Below the pieces are notes generated by a model. That model had not been told where the DNA came from and did no database searches. It saw nothing but the letters and a program-made list of their open reading frames with translations. A program made the position numbers and the translations under genes. Shown here in pieces: positions 51,117 through 58,387 of a stretch of 64,000 nt of DNA. The number at the start of each line of letters is the position of its first letter. The stretch's first letter is position 1. This DNA is from Dehalococcoidia bacterium. GTDB taxonomy: Bacteria; Chloroflexota; Dehalococcoidia; Lucifugimonadales; Lucifugimonadaceae. The stretch lies in NCBI GenBank assembly GCA_965203505.1, contig OZ241880.1, positions 2,858,206 through 2,922,205 of the forward strand. The letters run 5' to 3'.

Positions 51117-51184
51117 GCGACCCGGATGGAGTCGACTGTTGCTGTATTCTTAACAAAGACCAGAGACTAGTCATAGAAATCTGA

Positions 51185-51463
51185 TTATGTCCGCACATCG
51201 TCCCAGTCAGCACGAACACTCTCGACGATCTGAACCTGCAAACCTAGAAGATGCCGTAGAGAGAGCAAATCGTTCTCTGGCAAATCTGCAAATCCTCGCA
51301 GAAGACGGGATTCGAGAAATTCATCGAGCCGTTCGGCTTGGGCCCGAAAGTCCGCACCCGAAACCTCCGCTCCTTGCCGAGGAGGCCAGACGACAGCGAG
51401 AGCGATCATAGTCAACAGTCTTGATATTTGCCTGTTGTAGTCGAAATCTGATCCTGGAGTCAT
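51185..51463 (-). CDS. Small conserved hypothetical protein, paralog A1
   Basis: MTPGSDFDYNRQISRLLTMIALAVVWPPRQG...LRGFADLPENDLLSLRHLL... aligns end to end with the ORF at 54796..55107. The start was set by that alignment. Confidence 0.5.
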   Translation of the reverse strand: MTPGSDFDYNRQISRLLTMIALAVVWPPRQGAEVSGADFRAQAERLDEFLESRLLRGFADLPENDLLSLRHLLGLQVQIVESVRADWDDVRT

Positions 51464-51531
51464 TACGCCGATTATAGCCCCGACTCCAAGGGCATATTTT
51501 CTCAAGCAACAGGCAAGATAGATACGATTCG

Positions 51532-51610
51532 CACACTCCTTGACATGGCCGACCGCTTCTACACAATCCAAGACGGCGAGATGTAGCTAACCGAGGACTG
51601 GTTGACCTAA
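51532..51610 (+). pseudogene. Decayed copy of the 3' end of the ABC ATPase 2 gene
   Basis: cacactccttgacatggccgaccgcttctacacaatccaagacggcgagatgtagctaaccgaggactggttgacctaa aligns to 51037-51116, with a 2-nt deletion and a premature TAG. Confidence 0.7.
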
Positions 51611-51666
51611 GGAGCTTAAACCGGAACAAAACCGACCGGCGACCCACGGATCTGGAGAGGCCTGGT

Positions 51667-54084
51667 TTGAACCAAATCGAAAAGCTGATTGCCGAGAACG
51701 CGGCGTTGCGCGAACGGCTGTCGAAACTCTCCGAAATCGGCATACGGATCAACGAGAGCCTGGACTTCGACACCGTGGTACAACGCGCCTTGGACTCCGT
51801 ACGCTCCCTGACCGGCGCCCGCTACGGGGTGATGACGTTACTTGACGACGCGGGACGCGCACAGGACTTCCTGTCCTCGGGGATGAGCGGCGAGGAGGCG
51901 GAATGGCTATGGCAGACACCGGGCGGTGAGGAGATTTTCGAGCGGCTGGGCAGCATCTCCGAACCCCTGCGAATTCCCGACCTGGTCGGCTACGTCAGGT
52001 CCCTAGGATTCGCTGAGTTCCGGTTGCCCCTGCCCACCGAGCCGGCTTACCCCTTCCTAGCAACGCAGATGTTCCTCGGCAACGAGCGGCTGGGCAATAT
52101 ATTCCTGACCGGGCATGAGGGAGGGCTGGAGTTCAGCCGAGAGGACGAACAGACCTTGGTGATGTTCGCATCGCAGGCGGCGCTTGTCATCGCGAACGCA
52201 CGCCGACACCGCGAGGAACGACGGGCACGCGCCGACCTGGAGACACTCATCGATACCTCCCCGGTCGGCGTGGTGGTATTCGATGCAAGCACCGGAAACA
52301 TTGTTTCGATCAACCGTGAAGCCGCACGCATCGCTAAGAACCTGTGGTCACCCCCGCTCCCCCGAAATCAATCGGTCGAAGAGGTGCTCAAAACCGTCAC
52401 GATCGTGCGCGCCGACGGTCGCAAGTTCTCCATAGACGAGGTCCCGATGTCCGATCTGCTGAAAAACGCCGAGACGGTCCGCGTCGAGGAGGTCGTTCTA
52501 AAGGTCCCCCACGGGCGCAGCGTGACCACGCTCATCAACGCGACACCGATCTTCGACACCGAGGGAACTGTCGAGTCATGCGTGGTGACATTGCAGGACC
52601 TGACGCCGATACAGAACCTTGAACGACTGCGCGCCGAATTCCTCGGAATCGTCAGTCATGAACTGAGAGCACCACTGACCGCGGTCAAGGGTTCGGCTAC
52701 GACGCTGATCCAAGCATTCGACGATCTCGAGACTGCCGAGATGCTCCAATTCTTCAAGATCATCGACGAGCAGACGGACCGGATGCGCGACCTTATCGGC
52801 GAGCTTCTACAGGTCGCACGAATCGAGGCCGGTACACTCTCCGTGCGACCGGAACCGTTAGAACCAGCTGATCTGATCGATGAGGCCAAGAAACGATTCC
52901 TCAGCGCCGGCGGCAGAGACAACATCGCCATCGAACTCGATCAATACTTGCCCAGAATCATGGCCGATAGACGCCGCATCGTTCAGGTACTGAACAACCT
53001 TCTAAACAACGCCGAGAAATTCTCGCCCGAACCCACACCCATACACATAAATATCGGGCGCAAGGAGCAGTACGTACAGATTGCCGTAACCGATCACGGT
53101 CAAGGCATTTCGACAGACGCCCTGCCTAACCTCTTCGCAAAGCTCGCACGTCACGCCACCAGCGAAAATGGAGACCAGATCGGAAGAACCGGACTCGGAC
53201 TCCCAATTTGCAAAGGGATAGTGGAAGCCCACGGAGGACGAATATGGGCCGACAGCCAAGGGCCGGGCACCGGAGCCAAATTCTCGTTCACGTTGCCAGC
53301 GTTTCAAGAAGCCACGACGAACGGTTCGGTCCAACAGGACGTCGTGTCTTCTGACAACGCTCAAGGTGCAGGGAAACGAGACCTGGGGCGTATTCTGGTC
53401 GTTGACGACGATCCTCTGGTTCTAAGGCAGGTGCGCAACACACTCAACAAGGCCGGATACGCGCCACTCGTCACCGGAGACCCTGAAGAAGTGAAGAAAC
53501 TCATCATCGAAAATCAACCCGACCTCATACTGCTAGACCTGCTATTGCCCGGTACCGACGGCATCGAGTTGATGGAACGTATCTCCGACACTGTTAACGT
53601 GCCCGTCATCTTCTTGTCCGCTTATCGCCAAGACGAAGTTGTCACCAAGGCATTCGAACTCGGCGCCGCCGACTACATCGTGAAACCTTTCTCAGAATCC
53701 GAACTGGTCGCACGCATCGGTGCTGCCTTGCAAAAGCGGACCACGTATCAGATGCCCGTTATGCCCGAACCGTACTACCGAAAGGGACTGTCCATCAACT
53801 TCGCAGGGCATGAGGTGACCATTGACGGACGACCAGTCGATCTAACTGCAACCGAAGCGAAACTCCTCTTCGAGTTGGCGGCCAACGCCGGAACCGTCCT
53901 CGAATACGAAGACCTCCTCCAACGCTTATGGGGCCCGAAACGAAAGCAGGGACGTGGGCTCGTACGCACCGTCGTCAAACGACTTCGGCAGAAAATCGGC
54001 GAGGATGCCAGGAAACCAGAGCACATATTCACCGCATCCGGGGTCGGATACCGGATGATGAAAGCCGACACCAACGGCGACTGA
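51667..54084 (+). CDS. Single-polypeptide two-component system: GAF-PAS-HisKA-HATPase-REC-OmpR/PhoB winged helix
   Basis: 805 aa with no TM segment. H-box SHELRAPLTAVKG, N-box NNLLNNAEKFS, G-box GLGLPICKGIVEAHGG, REC ILVVDDDP...DLILLDLLLPGTDG, and wHTH LTATEAKLLFELAANAG...VKRLRQKIGE...GVGYRM. TTG start follows ggagagg. Confidence 0.88.
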   Translation: MNQIEKLIAENAALRERLSKLSEIGIRINESLDFDTVVQRALDSVRSLTGARYGVMTLLDDAGRAQDFLSSGMSGEEAEWLWQTPGGEEIFERLGSISEPLRIPDLVGYVRSLGFAEFRLPLPTEPAYPFLATQMFLGNERLGNIFLTGHEGGLEFSREDEQTLVMFASQAALVIANARRHREERRARADLETLIDTSPVGVVVFDASTGNIVSINREAARIAKNLWSPPLPRNQSVEEVLKTVTIVRADGRKFSIDEVPMSDLLKNAETVRVEEVVLKVPHGRSVTTLINATPIFDTEGTVESCVVTLQDLTPIQNLERLRAEFLGIVSHELRAPLTAVKGSATTLIQAFDDLETAEMLQFFKIIDEQTDRMRDLIGELLQVARIEAGTLSVRPEPLEPADLIDEAKKRFLSAGGRDNIAIELDQYLPRIMADRRRIVQVLNNLLNNAEKFSPEPTPIHINIGRKEQYVQIAVTDHGQGISTDALPNLFAKLARHATSENGDQIGRTGLGLPICKGIVEAHGGRIWADSQGPGTGAKFSFTLPAFQEATTNGSVQQDVVSSDNAQGAGKRDLGRILVVDDDPLVLRQVRNTLNKAGYAPLVTGDPEEVKKLIIENQPDLILLDLLLPGTDGIELMERISDTVNVPVIFLSAYRQDEVVTKAFELGAADYIVKPFSESELVARIGAALQKRTTYQMPVMPEPYYRKGLSINFAGHEVTIDGRPVDLTATEAKLLFELAANAGTVLEYEDLLQRLWGPKRKQGRGLVRTVVKRLRQKIGEDARKPEHIFTASGVGYRMMKADTNGD

Positions 54085-54175
54085 AAGCCGACCGCGCCCG
54101 ATAGATTTTTCCGCCCCCTCGCCGCTGACGCCATATCGGGAGGTTCGCACAACCACCCTCATTCCGGCGAAAGTG

Positions 54176-54212
54176 AAACCCTCCCCCTTGCGCATCAATG
54201 GGGAGGGTTTTG
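54176..54212 (+). terminator. Rho-independent terminator of the sensor-regulator gene
   Basis: AAACCCTCCCC-ttgcgcatcaat-GGGGAGGGTTT followed by T. The stem is 11 bp. Confidence 0.6.
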
Positions 54213-54601
54213 ACAACAGCGCTATTCCAATTCACGGTGTCGTTTTAGCGTTATTCCCGCGCTCTCCCACTGAAGAGCAATCAACATGTTCCCGTATGTT
54301 GACGCGCATATGCCATAAAATTTTTTGGCGCTTAGCCAGAGAACTAGGCTCGCTCTAACTGATGAAGGGCGCTCGTACCCCCCCCCCTATTTTGAACAAA
54401 TGAGGCATTTTAACTGCTCCACAACGAGTCCGCCGCAGGTCCATTCGTCCGCGACAACATGCTGGCTAACATTCTTACTCAACCATATTATCGAATCATA
54501 CATAATTTGCGCGAACATGAAACTCCATAGATCAGAGTGAATTGCCTTAACTAAAGTACCTCGTACCCTCCAAGTCGTGGTCTACCGGCTCAGACCGCGA
54601 A

Positions 54602-54753
54602 AGTCCATATTCGGCCTCTTCCGAGAGATGGTCACCCACCAAGGAATGTCCGTAGTCGCAACCACCCACGACCACACCCTCCTAGACATGGCCGACCGCA
54701 TCTACACCATGCAAGACGGCGAGATGGAACTCACAGAGGATAGATTAAGTTAA
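54602..54753 (+). pseudogene. Intact-frame duplicate of the last 152 nt of the ABC ATPase 2 gene
   Basis: Collinear with 50965-51116 without indels. About ten substitutions, all synonymous or stop-to-stop (gga/ggc, cgc/cga, gca/gcc, cga/cgc, acc/aca, gaa/gag, cgg/aga, ttg/tta, tga/taa). A GTG at 54577 could initiate a 58-codon ORF through it. Confidence 0.8.
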
Positions 54754-54795
54754 TTGCCGTTAGGTCGAATTAAGGTGGTATGGTTGCATTAGAAG

Positions 54796-55107
54796 CTATT
54801 CAAGGATTTCGGACCATGTCTGATATTCATCCCAATTCGCCCGAACGTCTCCGACAAGTTGATCCAAAACTCTTAGAAGATGCCGTAGCGCGATCAAATC
54901 GGGCTCTGGAACGTCTGCAAACCCTCGCAGAACGCGGAGTTCGAGAAGCTCTTCAATCCTTCGAGCCTGATCGGGGAAATTCTCGCCAGACGGGGGATTC
55001 CCCTGTTCCGGAGGCCAAACCACAGCAAGAGCCGTCATCATGAGAAGCCTGCCGATGAACTGGTTGTAATCTGGTTCGGAATCCGGCTCTAAGGTCATTA
55101 ACGACAT
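54796..55107 (-). CDS. Small conserved hypothetical protein, paralog A2
   Basis: MSLMTLEPDSEPDYNQFIGRLLMMTALAVVWPPEQG...LRGFADVPEPDLIALRHLL... Lies 26 nt downstream of the otsA/B fusion on the same strand. Confidence 0.5.
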   Translation of the reverse strand: MSLMTLEPDSEPDYNQFIGRLLMMTALAVVWPPEQGNPPSGENFPDQARRIEELLELRVLRGFADVPEPDLIALRHLLRVLDQLVGDVRANWDEYQTWSEILE

Positions 55108-55133
55108 TATACGCGTTGCGGCGCGTTTGGCTG

Positions 55134-57317
55134 TTATCCCGCCTTGGCTCGTAGCAACGCGGTCAACATCTCCCGCAAGGATCGCGGCGATGCGACCGCA
55201 ATCTTTGCCGCGGAACTCCCTGAGCCTATCTTGACTGTGTGGACGTTCTGGTCAACGTGGATAAACAGGTCTTCATCGGTACGGTCATCACCCGTCGCCA
55301 ACTCGAAATCGAATGGACCGAAACGATCCAGCACGATGTCATACGCCCGCGCCTTCGTTAAACCCTGTTGTCGAACCTCCACCACCTTCGAACCGTGCAT
55401 CACCTGCACCGGTTCACCGCGCAGGTTGTTCTCCAAGAGCGAAACCAGCTCCAAAGCCTGCCAGTTGCCCAACGTCTCCTCCGTCTGGCGGTAGTGCCAC
55501 GCCAGCGAAGTCTGCTTCTCCTCGATCCTCGAACCCGGTGTCCGAACCACGTAGTCATCCAGAATTCCGTGCACGTCCGATTTCCAACTCGTGTCCAACA
55601 CACCCAACAGACTCCACTCCTTTTTGCCCGCTTCCTTCATCCACGCACCATGTTCCGCTATCAGATCTATCGGACAGTCATCGAACCACTCTCCAAGCGT
55701 CTCATGGTCGCGCCCGCTGTTGATAAAGACCTTCACATCATCGCGGTTTCCGAAACGATGAAGCAAACCGAGTATCTCCGGCGTAGGAGTCGCGTCTTCA
55801 AACCGATCGCAAAACTCCCTGAGTGATCCGTCGTAGTCCAACATCACCAGCGAACACTCAGACGACCTGAAGTCGTTCGCCAGCGTATCTGCGAGCACCG
55901 TGGAAGTCAGCATTGGAGGCACTCCCATAGGCGTGCTCTCAGCACCCTCCAACGATGTCATGAAATCCCTCACCCAGCGGTGCAAGTCGTTCTGAACGAT
56001 CCGGCTATGCATCGGCATCATCCGTTCATTCCGCTCGCCGAGACTCATCTCAAGAGCACGTTCCAACTGATTCGCAGTCCCTTCTATATCCCAAGGATTG
56101 ACCCGCAGCGCTTCACCCAGTTCGCTGACCGCACCCGCGAATTCACTGATCACCAACGTCCCGCCGCCATCATCGCGACAAGCCACATACTCTTTCGCCA
56201 CCAAGTTCAGACCATCTCGAACCGGCGATACGAAACAGACGTCGGCAAGACGATAGAGCGCGCAGAGCTCCTCCTGCGTCACCGTCTGGTACAGATAGTT
56301 GATCGGACTCATAAGCGGCGAGCCGTGAATGCCGTTGATCTCGCTGACCCGCCTCTCAACCTCGCCCTTCAAGTCTTGGTAGGTATGGATGCCAGCACGC
56401 GTCGGAACCGCCAACTGCAAGAACAACACACGTTCCGCCCAACGCGGTGACCTATCCAACAACCGCTCAAAAGCCTGTAGCTTCAGCAGCAAACCCTTCG
56501 TGTAATCCAACCGATCAACACCCAGTATCACCTGTCGGTCACCCACGTTCCTCTTCAACTGCGTCAGAAATCGCTCCGCGCCCTGCGAATAGGCTTTCTC
56601 GCGGAACTCCTCCGTATCGATCCCCAAAGGATGGGCCTCCACGCGCACATTGTGGTCCCGCATCCTGACCGTCCCGCCCTGCGCCTCGATGCCTAGAATC
56701 CGACGCACGCTTCTCAAGTAGTTGTACGCGTAGTCGTACGTGTGCATCCCAATCAGATCGGCTCCCAACAACCCACGCAGTATCTCGACGCGCTGCGGCA
56801 GGATCCGGAACGTCTCATCTGCTGGGAAGGGGATATGCAAAAAGAACCCGATGCGTACATCCAGCCCGCGCTCCCGCAACATCCGGGGCAGCAGCATCAG
56901 ATGGTAGTCATGAACCCAAACCGCATCGCCCGGCTCCGCAAGCTCAAAAACCACATCCGCGAAACGCTGATTCACCCGCTTATAAGCCTCGAACTGCTCC
57001 GGGACGTATGAACCGAACTCCGTGAAGTAGTGGAACAACGGCCAGATCGCATCGTTCGAATACCCGTCGTAATAACCGCGGTAATCATCGTCGTCGAGAT
57101 CGACCGGCACAAGGTTGCTTTCTTCGAGTTGTTTCCTAACCTCATCGCTTGGATCCGCACCCGGATATCCCACCCAAAGTCCGCCAGAACTCTCGTGCAA
57201 AGGGCGCAGGCCAGTCACCAGCCCGCCCACACTGTGCGTCAGTGTCTGTTCGCCCGTCTCAGGATCGACGCCGATTGTCACCGGCAGTCGGTTCGATACC
57301 AGAATCGGACGTCTCAT
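55134..57317 (-). CDS. otsA: Bifunctional trehalose-6-phosphate synthase / trehalose-phosphatase (OtsA-OtsB fusion)
   Basis: Starts [13 protein letters not shown] (GT20 N-terminus). The C-terminal HAD domain has [10 protein letters not shown]. The ORF-track 5' extension overlaps the upstream moaD-like gene and is rejected. Confidence 0.88.
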   Translation of the reverse strand: MRRPILVSNRLPVTIGVDPETGEQTLTHSVGGLVTGLRPLHESSGGLWVGYPGADPSDEVRKQLEESNLVPVDLDDDDYRGYYDGYSNDAIWPLFHYFTEFGSYVPEQFEAYKRVNQRFADVVFELAEPGDAVWVHDYHLMLLPRMLRERGLDVRIGFFLHIPFPADETFRILPQRVEILRGLLGADLIGMHTYDYAYNYLRSVRRILGIEAQGGTVRMRDHNVRVEAHPLGIDTEEFREKAYSQGAERFLTQLKRNVGDRQVILGVDRLDYTKGLLLKLQAFERLLDRSPRWAERVLFLQLAVPTRAGIHTYQDLKGEVERRVSEINGIHGSPLMSPINYLYQTVTQEELCALYRLADVCFVSPVRDGLNLVAKEYVACRDDGGGTLVISEFAGAVSELGEALRVNPWDIEGTANQLERALEMSLGERNERMMPMHSRIVQNDLHRWVRDFMTSLEGAESTPMGVPPMLTSTVLADTLANDFRSSECSLVMLDYDGSLREFCDRFEDATPTPEILGLLHRFGNRDDVKVFINSGRDHETLGEWFDDCPIDLIAEHGAWMKEAGKKEWSLLGVLDTSWKSDVHGILDDYVVRTPGSRIEEKQTSLAWHYRQTEETLGNWQALELVSLLENNLRGEPVQVMHGSKVVEVRQQGLTKARAYDIVLDRFGPFDFELATGDDRTDEDLFIHVDQNVHTVKIGSGSSAAKIAVASPRSLREMLTALLRAKAG

Positions 57318-57378
57318 CGATGAATTCCCTGTCTCGCCGCCGCGCTCATCACCTTGCCAAACTGGTTCACCGCCGTCA

Positions 57379-57642
57379 TCAACCGCCCGATATCGCGGGC
57401 ACGAAATGGACCTCTGTGTCAGGTTCCAACGGCTGCAACAAGCCTTGCCGCGTCGCCGCATAGCCCACGACAGCCGCAAGACCAGGCTTCAATCGACCGT
57501 CCTGCAAGAGATGTTCCGAAATCCCCGGATACGACTCTTCGAGATTGTTGACGACATCCCCCAACGTCGCGCCCGGCACATCCAACTCGCCCTTGCCGCC
57601 AGCGAAACGGCGCAACTCATACGGCAAAAAAACCTTCGCCAT
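57379..57642 (-). CDS. MoaD/ThiS family sulfur-carrier protein
   Basis: 87 aa ending in ...VHFVPAISGG (C-terminal Gly-Gly). RBS gggagg. Confidence 0.75.
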   Translation of the reverse strand: MAKVFLPYELRRFAGGKGELDVPGATLGDVVNNLEESYPGISEHLLQDGRLKPGLAAVVGYAATRQGLLQPLEPDTEVHFVPAISGG

Positions 57643-57778
57643 GCTTCGCTAACCTCCCGGCTATATCTGAATTCGCGTTATCTATCAGTCGTCCCATCGA
57701 TTAGAACGACTATTCCCATCGCGTACTCAGGATACCACTGGCAAGTTAACGAAACATTTCAATCAGACTGCGCGCCGA

Positions 57779-58009
57779 TTAGTGGTGTTGTCCACGTCCG
57801 TTAACGAGTCTCGAACCACCTGCAAACCCCAAAATAGCCCCGACAGATGTCTTCACCATCCAATCGCCGAGGACGCGCAGCGTTTCGTGTGCTTCGTTAA
57901 ATTCTTCAAACGAGGAAATCAAAAATAAGATTCCGGTGCCGAAAATGACCAGAGCAAATAGCCCCAAATAGACCCACGTAGCGGGCACGCCTTTGTTCGA
58001 TTCGCGCAA
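57779..58009 (-). CDS. Hypothetical small membrane protein
   Basis: 76 aa with two hydrophobic helices (WVYLGLFALVIFGTGILFLI; SVGAILGFAGG). Confidence 0.35.
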   Translation of the reverse strand: MRESNKGVPATWVYLGLFALVIFGTGILFLISSFEEFNEAHETLRVLGDWMVKTSVGAILGFAGGSRLVNGRGQHH

Positions 58010-58028
58010 CGATCTGGTTCACCAAGAA

Positions 58029-58178
58029 TCAGACGCGGCCAGAACTACTTTGTTCGCGTATGGTATCGACCGACCGTTGCGTAAGCTTCCAACGAACTAG
58101 ACCAACAACCGCTACCACGAGCATTACGAACCCCACCGAAATCATCACCAAACCGATTATCGATGTTGCGCTATCCAA
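58029..58178 (-). CDS. Hypothetical 49-aa single-TM peptide (below the ORF-track cutoff)
   Basis: The TTG start gives (M)DSATSIIGLVMISVGFVMLVVAVVGLVRWKLTQRSVDTIREQSSSGRV-stop. It lies just upstream of the 76-aa membrane ORF. Confidence 0.25.
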   Translation of the reverse strand: MDSATSIIGLVMISVGFVMLVVAVVGLVRWKLTQRSVDTIREQSSSGRV

Positions 58179-58199
58179 TTCAGTTACCTTTGTTACCTA

Positions 58200-58239
58200 T
58201 GACCCTTAGTCTAATCTATTGACCCTTAGTCTAATCTAT
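58200..58239. repeat. Perfect 2 x 20-nt tandem direct repeat
   Basis: tgacccttagtctaatctat occurs twice, head to tail, 22-62 nt upstream of the 49-aa ORF start. Possible operator or iteron-like site. Confidence 0.85.
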
Positions 58240-58330
58240 ACCAAGATGATACTACAACTATACGTACTCGCGAACGACAATGCCCGCCAGATTTGCGAGT
58301 CGGCCCAGACTCGGCACCGATAAACAAAAT

Positions 58331-58370
58331 CCGGGGCAGCCGACACGACTGCCCCGGTTTTCGGTTTTTT
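58331..58370. terminator. Bidirectional rho-independent terminator (after the CoxL-like gene)
   Basis: CCGGGGCAG-ccgacacga-CTGCCCCGG is flanked by ttttcggtttttt on the plus strand and attttgttt on the minus strand. Confidence 0.65.
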
Positions 58371-58387
58371 GAACGTTGGCGGGTTTC

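Noticed and set aside
51187-51411. Plus-strand ORFs 51187..51411 and 54780..55043 as the real genes in the duplicated units
   Set aside because: The two plus-strand translations align only in their first halves (…LEDAV.R.NR.L..LQ.LAE.G.RE…) and then diverge completely. The minus-strand translations align end to end with conservative substitutions.
54325-54540. Ser/Thr/Cys-containing 71-aa ORF as a RiPP/lanthipeptide precursor linked to the ABC system
   Set aside because: It has a TTG start without an RBS, no modification enzyme genes are nearby, and the S/T/C-rich part is central rather than C-terminal. It lies in a compositionally atypical spacer that looks non-coding.
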